This document shows positions 8,922-17,440 of a DNA stretch of 37,073 bases, piece by piece. Position 1 is the stretch's first letter; every line of letters begins with the position of its first letter. A program made the translations under genes and the position numbers. This DNA comes from a bacterium (GTDB taxonomy: Bacteria > Sysuimicrobiota > Sysuimicrobiia > Sysuimicrobiales > Kaftiobacteriaceae), in NCBI GenBank assembly GCA_035763845.1, contig DASUAK010000036.1, positions 1 to 37,073 on the forward strand. The letters are read 5' to 3'. The notes under the pieces were generated by a model that saw only the letters and a program-made list of their open reading frames with translations, was not told the origin of the DNA and ran no database searches.

Positions 8922-10375
8922 CCGCCCCCCGCCGGCCCAGCATCGTCGTGATCGGGGCAGGCATCACCGGCCTGACCGCCTCGCGCGTCCTGCGCGAGGC
9001 GCTGGTGCACGGCGGCGCGGGCGAGGTGACGCTGATCGAAGCCGCTCCGCAGCTGGGGGGCAAGATCCTCACCGAGCGGGTCGGCGGCTTCCTGATCGAG
9101 GGGGGTCCGGACTCCTTCCTGACGCTGAAACCGCAGGCGGTGGAGCTGGCGCGCGAGCTGGGCCTCGGTGACCGCCTGGTCGGCACGCTCGACCCGCGGC
9201 ACGTCTTCATCCTGCACCGGGGGCGCCTGCACCCGCTGCCGGAGGGGCTGGCTTCGCTGATCCCGCAGCGCCTCGGCCCCTTCATCCGCAGCCGCCTGTT
9301 CACGCCGTGGGAGAAGGCCCGCTTCGGGTTGGACCTGCTCATCCCGCCGTCGCCCAACGGCACCGACGAGGCGCTCGGAAGCTTCGTGAGGCGGCGGCTC
9401 GGTCAGGCCGCGGTGGAGCGGCTGGCCGGTCCGCTCCTGGCGGGGATCCACGCCGGCGACATCGAGGAGCTGAGCCTGCGCGCGACCTTTCCTGCCCTTG
9501 CCGAGGCCGAGCGCCGCTACGGGAGCCTGACGCGCGCCGTGCTCGCCCGCCGCCGCGCGCCGGCCCGTTCGGGCGGCCGGATCGGAGCAGAGGGGGCATC
9601 GCCGGGCGGGTCGATGTTCATGACGCTGCGGGGCGGTCTCCGGGAGCTGGTGGACCGCGCCGCCGACCTGCCCGGCGTCGCCGTGCGGACGCAGACTGAC
9701 GTTCGGACGATCGAGCGCCGCGGTGAGCGATATCTGGTGCGCGTCGAGGGCGCGGAGGCCATCGAGGCGGACGTGGTCGTGGTCACGGTGCCGGCCAACG
9801 CCGCCGCGGTGGTGCTGCGCGATCTCAATCCGCCCGCCGCGGATCTGGCGGCCACGGTGCCGCACGTCTCCACAGCCGCTGTCGCCTTCGGATTCCGCCG
9901 CGCCGACGTGCGCCATCCGCTTGCCGGCCACGGTTACGTGGTGGGGTCAGGCGAGGGGATGGCGCACACCGCGGCCACGTGGGTCAGCTCGAAGTGGCCC
10001 GACCGCGCCCCCGAGGGCTACGTGCTGCTGCGCTGCTTCACGGGACGGGCCGGAGAGCAGCAGGCCCTGGCGCTGGACGACGGCGCGCTGGCCGAAGCCC
10101 TGCTGGCCGAGGTGACCCCGCTGCTCGGCATCACGGGCGCTCCCGAGCTCACCCGCGTCTATCGCTGGAACGCCGCGATGCCGCAGTATACGCTCGGCCA
10201 TCTCGAGCGCGTCGCGGCGCTGCGCCGGGCCCTCGAAGCGACGCCCGGGATCATCGTCGCCGGAGGGGGGTACGGCGGCGTGGGCCTCCCCGACTGCATC
10301 CGGCAGGGCAGGGAAGCGGCGGCCGAGGCGCTGCGGCTTGCATCCCCGCCCGCGCTGGAGGCGGTGGAGCGATGA
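8918..10375 (+). CDS. hemY: HemY-type FAD oxidase (coproporphyrinogen/protoporphyrinogen oxidase, CgoX)
   Basis: GTG at 8918 forms a GTGA overlap with hemH. IVVIGAGITGLTA is the FAD dinucleotide motif. About 485 aa, and the C-terminal GGYGGVGLPDCIRQG is typical of HemY. Confidence 0.9.
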   Translation: MTAPRRPSIVVIGAGITGLTASRVLREALVHGGAGEVTLIEAAPQLGGKILTERVGGFLIEGGPDSFLTLKPQAVELARELGLGDRLVGTLDPRHVFILHRGRLHPLPEGLASLIPQRLGPFIRSRLFTPWEKARFGLDLLIPPSPNGTDEALGSFVRRRLGQAAVERLAGPLLAGIHAGDIEELSLRATFPALAEAERRYGSLTRAVLARRRAPARSGGRIGAEGASPGGSMFMTLRGGLRELVDRAADLPGVAVRTQTDVRTIERRGERYLVRVEGAEAIEADVVVVTVPANAAAVVLRDLNPPAADLAATVPHVSTAAVAFGFRRADVRHPLAGHGYVVGSGEGMAHTAATWVSSKWPDRAPEGYVLLRCFTGRAGEQQALALDDGALAEALLAEVTPLLGITGAPELTRVYRWNAAMPQYTLGHLERVAALRRALEATPGIIVAGGGYGGVGLPDCIRQGREAAAEALRLASPPALEAVER

Positions 10376-11262
10376 GCCCCCTCCGCCTGCTGCCGCTGGC
10401 CTCGGCCCTCATCACCGTCGCCTTCGTCTGGCTCGTCTTCCGCCGCTACGCCTCGCGCGGCGGCCGTCACCTGCTGGTGTGGGGCATCGGCCTGCTGCTC
10501 TTCGGAACGGCCAGCCTGGCGGAGGCGGTCGCCGCGTCCGTGTGGCATCCGATGGTCTTCCGCCTGTGGTACCTCGCGGGTGCCGGGCTGAGCGCGGCCT
10601 GGATCGGTCAGGGGACGGTGTACCTGCTGGCCGGCGTGCGTCTGCCGAACGTCCTGCTCTCCCTGGTGCTGGGCTACACGGCCGCCGCGGCGCTCTTCCT
10701 CCTCCTCGCCCGCATCGGGTTGGGCGTGGCCATCGCGGGCGTACTCATCGCCTTCCACGGTCCGATCTTCGCGGGGTTGTTCCACCGCCTGGTCGTCCGC
10801 CGCTGGGATCCGCTGCGCCTCACCGGCGTGCTCACCGGTCTGCTGCTGGCGGGGAGCCTGTTCGCCACCGCGGTCATCCTCGCCACCCCGGTGGACGGGT
10901 CGCGCTTCGATCCCGACCGGCCGCTGAGCGCGCAGTACCGGGAGATCCTGCCGCCGGGCGCGGCGGTGCGGAAGCTGACGCCGGCGTTCAACATCTACGG
11001 CACGATCACGCTGGTCGGGGGCGCCCTGTACTCGGCCTGGCTGCTGGGACGCCGGGAGGTGCCGGCGCCGCGCGTGGCGGGCAACGTCCTCATCGCCGCG
11101 GGGGCCTTCGTGATCGCGTCCGCGAGCGCCATGGTCCGCCTGGGGATCGGCGACTTCCTCTATGCCGCGGAGGCGGTCGCCGCGGCCTTGATGTTCGGCG
11201 GCTTCCTGCTGGCCACGGGCGCCGCGCCCGCCACCTCATCCGCGGAGGCGGCGCGGGCATGA
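10372..11262 (+). CDS. hypothetical polytopic membrane protein (about 8 predicted TM helices)
   Basis: ATG at 10372 forms an ATGA overlap with the hemY stop. 296 aa made of repeated hydrophobic 20-aa stretches separated by short R/K/P loops. I recognise no family motif. Confidence 0.6.
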   Translation: MSPLRLLPLASALITVAFVWLVFRRYASRGGRHLLVWGIGLLLFGTASLAEAVAASVWHPMVFRLWYLAGAGLSAAWIGQGTVYLLAGVRLPNVLLSLVLGYTAAAALFLLLARIGLGVAIAGVLIAFHGPIFAGLFHRLVVRRWDPLRLTGVLTGLLLAGSLFATAVILATPVDGSRFDPDRPLSAQYREILPPGAAVRKLTPAFNIYGTITLVGGALYSAWLLGRREVPAPRVAGNVLIAAGAFVIASASAMVRLGIGDFLYAAEAVAAALMFGGFLLATGAAPATSSAEAARA

Positions 11263-11891
11263 GCGCGCGGGCGGCCTCGGGCCGCGCCCCGCAGTGGATG
11301 ACGCTCGGCGAAGCCTGCGTCTTCCTCGGCGTGGACGCCTCCACGCTGCGGGTCTGGGCGGATGCCGGGCGGGTGCCGGCGTACCGCACGCCCGGGGGGC
11401 ACCGCCGCTTCGACCGCGGCGCGCTGGAGGCCTTCCTGGCCCGCAGCCGCCGCGAGCCGGAGCCCAAGCTGGCTGAGCTCATCGGCCCCCACGCCGCGCG
11501 GCTCGTGCCGGGGGCTCTCGCGCAGATCCAGCGGCAGCGCTGGTACCACGTCCTCGACGCGGCCACGGCGCGGGCGCTGGGCGAGACCTGCCGGGGCTTG
11601 ATGGACGCTCTGGCCGAGTACCTGCGGGGCGGCGCCCGGCGGCAGCGCGCCCTGCGCGCCGGCGAGCAGGCCGGCGAGGACCTGGGAGCCCGCGTCGCCG
11701 CGCTGGGGCTCAACGCCGCGGAGGCTACCGAGGTCTTCCTGTTCTTCAAGGGGATCATCAACGACGCGATCTCGATGCGCCTGCCGCTGTCGCCCGACGG
11801 CAAGGTCCGCTCGCTCCGCCGGATCGACCTCTTCCTCAACCGCGTGCTGCTGCGGATGATGGCCGCCTTCGAGTCCGTCGCGGCGGAATAA
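11259..11891 (+). CDS. HTH DNA-binding protein (MerR/excisionase-type N-terminal HTH plus an all-helical C-terminal domain)
   Basis: ATG at 11259 forms an ATGA overlap with the upstream gene. WMTLGEACVFLGVDASTLRVWADAGRVPAYRTPGGHRRFDRGALEAFL is an excisionase/MerR-family HTH. About 150 aa of helical sequence follow. Stop TAA at 11889-11891. Confidence 0.65.
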   Translation: MSARAASGRAPQWMTLGEACVFLGVDASTLRVWADAGRVPAYRTPGGHRRFDRGALEAFLARSRREPEPKLAELIGPHAARLVPGALAQIQRQRWYHVLDAATARALGETCRGLMDALAEYLRGGARRQRALRAGEQAGEDLGARVAALGLNAAEATEVFLFFKGIINDAISMRLPLSPDGKVRSLRRIDLFLNRVLLRMMAAFESVAAE

Positions 11892-11926
11892 AATCGCGCC
11901 GCATTTCCGTCGCTAGAGGGAGCGGC

Positions 11927-11932
11927 TATACT
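11927..11932 (+). promoter_or_regulatory. candidate -10 hexamer (TATACT) in the only AT-enriched gap after the haem operon
   Basis: TATACT is seen at 11927-11932. The -35 at 17-nt spacing is weak (TTTCCG). It conflicts with the GTG 11933 start of the next gene and would favour the ATG 11951 start. Confidence 0.25.
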
Positions 11933-12682
11933 GTGTGGGTAGCCGCGCCCATGAGCACGCTCGTCATCATCCCCGTCTTCAATGAAGCGCGCACGCTGGC
12001 CCGGGTGCTGGACCAGGTGCGCGCGAGCGCGCCCGCATCCGACGTCCTGGTCGTCGACGACGGCTCCACCGACGCCTCCCCCGCCATCCTGGCCGGCCGG
12101 AGCGACGTGCGCACCATCCGGCATCCGGCCAACCTGGGCTACGGGCGTTCCCTGATCACGGGGTTCGAGCACGCGGCCGCATGCGGCTACGTGACCGTCG
12201 TGACCATCGACTGCGACGAGCAGCACGAGCCCGCGCGCATCCCCGAGTTCATCGCCGCCTCCGCCGGGACGGACATCGTCTCCGGGAGCCGGTATCTCGA
12301 TCCATCGGTGCCGGGAGATCCCGCCCCGCCGGACCGCGCGCAGCTGAACCGCGAGTTCACGGAGCGCCTGCGCGCGATCACCGGCTATCCCATCACGGAC
12401 GCCTGGTGCGGATTCAAGGCGTACCGGGTCGCCTCGCTGCGGCGGCTCCGGCTCACCGAGCCGAGCTACGGGATGCCCCTGCAGGTGTGGGTGCAGGCCG
12501 CCTACCACGGGCTCGGCGTGCGGGAACTGGCCGTGGCGCGGATCTACAAGAACCCGGAGCGGAAGTTCTGGGGCGGGCTGGACGACATGGCCGCGCGGCG
12601 CGCGTACTACCGGCGCATCCTGGAGGCCGAGGTCGCCCGCTGGCTGCCGCACAAGCTGGACCTGGTCCGGGTGACCCGGTGA
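11933..12682 (+). CDS. family 2 glycosyltransferase (Dpm1/polyprenol-phosphate-sugar-synthase-like, soluble)
   Basis: VIIPVFNEARTLARVLDQV...VLVVDDGSTDAS and TIDCDEQHEP (a DxD-type motif) are GT2 hallmarks. 249 aa from GTG 11933, which has GAGGGAG about 10 nt upstream. Alternative start at ATG 11951. Confidence 0.8.
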   Translation: MWVAAPMSTLVIIPVFNEARTLARVLDQVRASAPASDVLVVDDGSTDASPAILAGRSDVRTIRHPANLGYGRSLITGFEHAAACGYVTVVTIDCDEQHEPARIPEFIAASAGTDIVSGSRYLDPSVPGDPAPPDRAQLNREFTERLRAITGYPITDAWCGFKAYRVASLRRLRLTEPSYGMPLQVWVQAAYHGLGVRELAVARIYKNPERKFWGGLDDMAARRAYYRRILEAEVARWLPHKLDLVRVTR

Positions 12683-13359
12683 TGCGGGTGCTGGCCCTGG
12701 GGCCGCATCCGGACGACGTCGAGATCGGGATGGGCGGGGCCGTGCTGGTCCTGCGGGCGGCGGGCCACGAGGTGGTGGTCTGCGACCTGACCAACGGCGA
12801 GCCGACCCCGATCGGCACGCCGGAGCGGCGGGCGCGCGAGGCCGCCGAGGCCGCGCGGCTGCTCGGCGTCCGGCGCATCACGCTGGAGATGCCCAACCGC
12901 TACCTCGCCGATACAGTGGACAACCGGAACGCCGTGGCCGAGGTCATCCGCGAGGTGCGGCCCGAGCTGCTCTTCGTCCCGTACTGGGAGGACGCCCATC
13001 CCGATCACCGCGCCGCCGCGGCGCTGTGCGAGGCGGCGCGATTCTATGCGAAGTTGACGCGGACGTCGATTCCTGGTGAGCCGTTCTACCCGCGGCGCGT
13101 CATCCACTTCCTGTGCACGCACTACAATCTCCACCTCAAGCCGTCGTTCATCCTCGACATCTCGCCGCACATGGACACGAAGGTCCGGGCGATCGCGGCC
13201 TACGGCTCGCAGTTCGGCCCCGAGCGCGGCAACGAGGAGTTCTTCGAAGACCTGCGCGTCTGGAACCGCTACTACGGTGCTCTGATCCGCACCGCGTACG
13301 GCGAGCCCTTCGTCCTGCGCGAAGAGGTCGGCCTGCGCGGTCTGGATCAGTTCCTCTGA
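12682..13359 (+). CDS. PIG-L/LmbE-family N-acetylglucosaminyl deacetylase (BshB/MshB-like)
   Basis: ATG at 12682 overlaps the upstream TGA by 1 nt. MRVLALGPHPDDVEIGMGGA, CDLTNGE and HPDHRAAA are the PIG-L family metal-binding motifs. 225 aa. Confidence 0.85.
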   Translation: MRVLALGPHPDDVEIGMGGAVLVLRAAGHEVVVCDLTNGEPTPIGTPERRAREAAEAARLLGVRRITLEMPNRYLADTVDNRNAVAEVIREVRPELLFVPYWEDAHPDHRAAAALCEAARFYAKLTRTSIPGEPFYPRRVIHFLCTHYNLHLKPSFILDISPHMDTKVRAIAAYGSQFGPERGNEEFFEDLRVWNRYYGALIRTAYGEPFVLREEVGLRGLDQFL

Positions 13360-13364
13360 TCCCC

Positions 13365-14921
13365 ATGCCGCCCGTCCCCGTGGCCGCGGAGTTCGAGATC
13401 CCGGAGCGCTCCGGGGAGGTGCTGTGCCTGCCGCCCGGCGCCGCCGTCCCCGCAGCGGCGGAGGCCAACCGGCGTGCTCTCGACGCTGCGCCCGTGCGGA
13501 TGGGCGGGATGCCGCTCGCGCAGCTGCGCCGCGAAGCCCGCCGCGACGCGCTCCACGCGGCCAACACCTATGCCGCGGAGCTGGGCCTGCCCGCCTGCGA
13601 CCCGCGCGATCCGCGTCCGCTGATCGGCACGGGCCACCAGCCCTTCCTCTTCCATCCCGGCATCTGGGCGAAGCACCTGCTCGCCGCCCGGCTCACCGAC
13701 TCCGCCGTGGCGCTGAACATGCCGGTGGACTGCGACGCCGCCGAGGACATCGGGGCGGACGCGCCGCACCTCGACGGGGGGCTGAGCATCGTTCACGAGA
13801 CGCTCCTGCGCGCCGATCCCGAGGTGCCCTACGAGGTGATCGCGCCGCCGGCGGAGGACGTCTGGCTGGCCTTCCTGCGCCGCCTCGACGAGCACCTCCA
13901 GACGCTGCCGCATCGCGGCACCCACGACGTCTTCGCGGGATTCGTGGAGCGCACGCGGGGGCTGCGCGCCCCGGACATCGGTTCCTTCCTCACGCTGGCC
14001 CGGCGCCGCCATGAGGGCTCCACACCGTACGGGGAACTGCCCGTATCGCGGCTCGCCGCGGGCGGTCCCTTCCGGCTCTTCACGCTCCACCTCATCAGCG
14101 AGGCGGAGCGCTTCGCCGGCGTCTACAACGCGCAGCTGAACGCCTATCGCGAGCGCCAGAACATCCGCACGCCGGCCCAGCCGTTCCCGGACCTCGACCG
14201 CGCGGGCGATCGCGTCGAGCTGCCGTTCTGGGTGATCCACGGCGGCCGGCGGCGTCCGATGTACGCGGCGCACCAGGGGAGCCGGTACCGGCTCTGGGCG
14301 GGTGATGCCGAGCTCGCCGTGATCGCGGGAGGGGAGCCGGAGGAGCTCGCGCCCTTTGCGATCCGGCCCAGGGCCCTCGCCCTCACCGCCTTCACCCGCC
14401 TGTGCGTGGTGGACCTGTTCATCCACGGAGTGGGCGGCGGGCGCTACGACCGGGTCACGGACGGTGTCATCGCGGAGTTCTTCGGGATCGCTCCGCCGGT
14501 CTACGCGGTCGCGTCGGCGACGCTGCACCTGCCCCTGAGCGAGTTCGACCCGAGCGAGGAGCGCGGCACGCTGCAGCGCCGCCTCCTCGCGCTGCTGCAC
14601 AATCCGGAGCGGACGCTGCCCGAGCCTACGAGCGAGCAGCGCGTGTGGATCGAGCAGAAGTGGACCCTGATCCGCCGCCTCGAGGGCAATACCCTGACAC
14701 GCCGGGAGCGGCGCGAAGCGACGCAGCGCATCCGGGAGATCAACGAACGTCTGAGCGGCGCGCTCGCGCAGGAGCGGGGCGCTCTGGAGCACCGTCTGGC
14801 CGCCCTCGGCGAGGTCAGGGCGGCCTCCGCGGCCGCCGCGCACCGCGGCTATCCGTTCTGCTTCTTCCCGCCGCGCTCGGTCGAGGCCCTGGTGGACGCC
14901 ATGATGACGGAGCGCCGATGA
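13365..14921 (+). CDS. hypothetical 518-aa protein, possible distant BshC-like (cysteine-adding enzyme family) protein
   Basis: ATG at 13365, 5 nt after the deacetylase stop. IGTGHQPFLFHPGIWAKHLL resembles the BshC GGQQAGLLTGPLYTIHK segment, and a downstream acidic VDCDAAED compares with BshC GEDHD. The size and a C-terminal coiled-coil-like, Arg/Glu-rich region also fit BshC. The assignment is by eye only. Confidence 0.55.
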   Translation: MPPVPVAAEFEIPERSGEVLCLPPGAAVPAAAEANRRALDAAPVRMGGMPLAQLRREARRDALHAANTYAAELGLPACDPRDPRPLIGTGHQPFLFHPGIWAKHLLAARLTDSAVALNMPVDCDAAEDIGADAPHLDGGLSIVHETLLRADPEVPYEVIAPPAEDVWLAFLRRLDEHLQTLPHRGTHDVFAGFVERTRGLRAPDIGSFLTLARRRHEGSTPYGELPVSRLAAGGPFRLFTLHLISEAERFAGVYNAQLNAYRERQNIRTPAQPFPDLDRAGDRVELPFWVIHGGRRRPMYAAHQGSRYRLWAGDAELAVIAGGEPEELAPFAIRPRALALTAFTRLCVVDLFIHGVGGGRYDRVTDGVIAEFFGIAPPVYAVASATLHLPLSEFDPSEERGTLQRRLLALLHNPERTLPEPTSEQRVWIEQKWTLIRRLEGNTLTRRERREATQRIREINERLSGALAQERGALEHRLAALGEVRAASAAAAHRGYPFCFFPPRSVEALVDAMMTERR

Positions 14922-15616
14922 GCGCGCCGGCCCGCCCGCTGCTCGACGTCCGGGCCGTCTCAAAGTCCTATGCGGGACGCGCGGCGGTGCGCGACGTCTC
15001 GCTGTCGGTGGAGACGGGAGGGGTGCTCGCGCTGCTCGGTCCGAACGGCGCGGGCAAGAGCACCCTGCTCCGGATCGCCGCGGGCATCGCCCGGCCCGAC
15101 GCGGGCGAGGTCCGCATCGGGGACCGGCCGGTGCGAGAGGCCGCGGCCCGTCGCCGGATCGGCGCTGCGGGGCACCTGTCCTTCCTCTATGGATATCTCA
15201 CGGTGGAGGAGAATCTCGCTCTCTACGCGCGGCTCTACGGTGTCGGTCGGGAGCGGGTCGAGGACGCGCTGGCGGCCTTCGCACTGCTCCCGCACCGGAC
15301 GAAGCCGGTGCGGGAACTCTCCCGCGGCCTGGTGCAGCGGGCGAGCCTGGCGCGCGCCCTGCTGCACGATCCGGCCGTCCTGCTCCTGGACGAGCCCTTC
15401 ACGGGGCTGGACGCGGAAGCGTCCGCCGCCTGCCGCAGGCGGATCCGCACGCTGCGCGACCGCGGATGCGCGATCGTGATGGCCACGCATGCCTGGGCAG
15501 ACGCGCAGGAGCTGGCGGATGAGGCCGTCGTGCTAGCGGGGGGACGGCTGGCACTGCGGGAAGCCGCCTCGGCGCTGGACCTTGCGCGCGTGGCCGCACT
15601 CTACCGGACCGCATGA
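14918..15616 (+). CDS. ccmA: haem exporter ABC ATPase CcmA
   Basis: ATG at 14918 forms an ATGA overlap with the upstream stop. Walker A GPNGAGKST, signature LSRGLVQRASLARAL, Walker B LLLDEP. Followed by ccmB and ccmC. Confidence 0.85.
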   Translation: MSAPARPLLDVRAVSKSYAGRAAVRDVSLSVETGGVLALLGPNGAGKSTLLRIAAGIARPDAGEVRIGDRPVREAAARRRIGAAGHLSFLYGYLTVEENLALYARLYGVGRERVEDALAAFALLPHRTKPVRELSRGLVQRASLARALLHDPAVLLLDEPFTGLDAEASAACRRRIRTLRDRGCAIVMATHAWADAQELADEAVVLAGGRLALREAASALDLARVAALYRTA

Positions 15617-16260
15617 GCACCTTCTGGATCCTGCTGCGCAAGGACCTCGCCGTCGAGGGCAGGGGACGGGAGATGCTTCCGGCGATGGCGCTGCTCGCCC
15701 TGCTGCTGCTCGCTCTCACAGGCGCCTCCGGCCTCCGCCTGGACGGCGCGCCCGCCATCCTCTGGATCACAGTGGCGGTGGCCGCGGCGAGCGGGCTGGG
15801 GCGCAGCTTCCTCCGGGAGACCGACCAGGACCAGCTGCAGGGCCTGCACCTGGCCGCGGTCGATCCCGCCGTGCTCTACCTCGCGAAGGCCGCGGCGAAC
15901 TTCCTCATCGTCGCCGTGGTGGAGCTCGTCGCCGTGGCGGCGATCTTCGTCTTCTTCGATGCGCCGCCGCCGGCGGACGCGGGCGCGCTCGCCGCGGTGC
16001 TCCTCCTCGGCACCGCGGCCCTGGTCAGTCTGGGGACGCTGCTGGGCGGGATGCTCGCCGCCGCGCGCATGCGCGAGGCGCTGCTGCCCCTGCTGCTGCT
16101 CCCGCTCGGGGCGCCGGCCGTGATGGCGGCCTCCGGGGCGACGGCGCGGCTCCTCACCTCCGGCGGCTCCGCCGCCGGCGAGATCCGGCTTCTGCTCGCC
16201 TTCACCCTGTTGTTCGTCGCGGCCTCGGTGCTCGTCTTCGAGCACGTCATCGAGGAGTAG
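15613..16260 (+). CDS. ccmB: haem exporter membrane protein CcmB
   Basis: 215 aa and 6-TM-like. N-terminus LLRKDLAVEGRGREML is typical of CcmB. ATGA overlap with ccmA. Confidence 0.85.
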   Translation: MSTFWILLRKDLAVEGRGREMLPAMALLALLLLALTGASGLRLDGAPAILWITVAVAAASGLGRSFLRETDQDQLQGLHLAAVDPAVLYLAKAAANFLIVAVVELVAVAAIFVFFDAPPPADAGALAAVLLLGTAALVSLGTLLGGMLAAARMREALLPLLLLPLGAPAVMAASGATARLLTSGGSAAGEIRLLLAFTLLFVAASVLVFEHVIEE

Positions 16261-16281
16261 CCCCGGCAGGCGCCGAAGCCG

Positions 16282-16944
16282 ATGATTCCGGGGGTTATGC
16301 GGATGCTGCTGGTGCTGGCTGCCGTCGCCGTTCCCGTCGGCCTCGCGCTCGCGCTGTTCGTCGCTCCGGTGGAAGCGTTCCAGGGTGAGCCGTACCGCAT
16401 CCTGTACGTCCACGTGCCGAGCGTCGCCACAGCCTACCTCGCCTTCACGGTGACGTTCGCGGCGAGCGTGGCCTACCTCATCACGCGCCGCGGACGCTTC
16501 GACCGGTTGGCCGGCGCCTCCGCGGAGATCGGGCAGGTGTTCCTCACCGTCGTGCTGCTGACGGGGCCGATCTGGGGGAAGCCGGTGTGGGGCGTGTGGT
16601 GGACCTGGGACGCGCGCCTGACCACGGCGCTGATCCTCTGGTTCATCTTCGCGGGGTACCTCATGCTGCGCGCCTGGTCCGGTGCGCAGGGGGCGAGGGC
16701 GGCCGCGGTCGTCGCCATCGTCGGATTCCTCGACGTGCCGCTGATCCACTGGTCCGCTGTGCTGCTGCGGACCCTCCATCCCCGGCCCACGGTCTTCCGG
16801 CCCGAGGGGCCGGCGCTGCCGGGGTCGATGCTCGTGGTGCTCCTCTTCAACATCGCGGCCTTCGTCCTCACCTATCTCGCCTTCCTCACGGTGCGCGTCC
16901 GCCAGGAGGCGGCCCGGGAGCAGCTGTCGCAGGCCGGGCCATGA
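16282..16944 (+). CDS. ccmC: haem exporter / haem-handling protein CcmC
   Basis: YVHVPSVATAYL and the Trp-rich WWD motif WGKPVWGVWWTWDARLTT. 220 aa. Confidence 0.9.
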   Translation: MIPGVMRMLLVLAAVAVPVGLALALFVAPVEAFQGEPYRILYVHVPSVATAYLAFTVTFAASVAYLITRRGRFDRLAGASAEIGQVFLTVVLLTGPIWGKPVWGVWWTWDARLTTALILWFIFAGYLMLRAWSGAQGARAAAVVAIVGFLDVPLIHWSAVLLRTLHPRPTVFRPEGPALPGSMLVVLLFNIAAFVLTYLAFLTVRVRQEAAREQLSQAGP

Positions 16945-17054
16945 CGTACGTCGCGGCGGCGTATCTCGTCACGGTCGGCATCCTCGGAGCGTACGCGCTC
17001 TCGCTCTGGCTCCGGCAGCGGTCGCTGCGCCGCCCGCGCGGGGACGGCCGGTGA
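16941..17054 (+). CDS. ccmD: small single-TM protein, CcmD-like
   Basis: ATG at 16941 forms an ATGA overlap with ccmC. The 37 aa MTYVAAAYLVTVGILGAYALSLWLRQRSLRR are one TM helix plus a basic tail. Position between ccmC and ccmE matches ccmD. The following gene starts with a GTGA overlap. Confidence 0.55.
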   Translation: MTYVAAAYLVTVGILGAYALSLWLRQRSLRRPRGDGR

Positions 17055-17440
17055 GGACCTCGCGGAAGCTGGTCGTCGGGCTGGCCGTGATCGTCGCGGC
17101 GATCGGCGCCGTCGCGTACAGCGGCATCCGCTCCGCCGCCGTGTACTACCTCACGCCCACCGAGTTCGCGGGCCGCGCCGACCTGCGATCGGCGCAGGTG
17201 CGGCTCGCGGGCACGGTGGAGGCGGGCACCGTCCGCCGCGACGGCGGGCGGGTCACCGGCTTCCGTCTCAGCGACGGCACCACGGCGATCGACGTCCGCT
17301 ACGGCGGTCCGCTGCCCGACCTCTTCGCGGAGGGCCGCGAGGTCCTCGTCGAAGGGCGCCTCCGGGACGGCGCGCTCGATGCGACGAGGGTCATCACCAC
17401 CCACCCCACCGAATACAAGGAAGGATCTCCCCGGCCGTGA
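17051..17440 (+). CDS. ccmE: cytochrome c haem chaperone CcmE
   Basis: 129 aa. N-terminal TM anchor, AVYYLTPTEF, an OB-fold-like body, and the C-terminal HxxxY haem-binding motif (THPTEY). Confidence 0.85.
   Translation: MRTSRKLVVGLAVIVAAIGAVAYSGIRSAAVYYLTPTEFAGRADLRSAQVRLAGTVEAGTVRRDGGRVTGFRLSDGTTAIDVRYGGPLPDLFAEGREVLVEGRLRDGALDATRVITTHPTEYKEGSPRP

Noticed and set aside
7697-10375. Very long N-terminal extensions of + strand ORFs in the track (892 aa for hemY; also 6292-7974, 6993-8921, 3015-4169, 4527-5810, 9979-11262, 10338-11891, 12181-13359, 13113-14921, 14402-15616, 19221-20093, 19682-21013, 21582-22877, 23967-24992, 26205-27554)
   Set aside because: The extensions overlap the preceding well-supported gene in another frame and are Arg/Gly/Pro-rich. 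In each case an in-frame ATG or GTG forming a 4-nt overlap (or a short gap) with the upstream stop gives a protein of the expected family length.
15582-16388. 268-aa + strand ORF overlapping ccmB in another frame, with similar alternative-frame + ORFs such as 1357-1773, 2406-2948, 5189-5671, 17379-18881, 21539-23113 and 34441-36024
   Set aside because: They are Arg/Pro/Gly/Ala-rich with no motifs, and they are fully nested in or overlapping strongly supported genes in a different frame. They are typical high-GC shadow ORFs.
17410-17424. CcmE haem-binding motif reads HPTEY rather than the HDENY I recall from E. coli
   Set aside because: The functionally essential His and Tyr (HxxxY) are both retained. 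Variation at the intervening residues is not evidence of altered chemistry.
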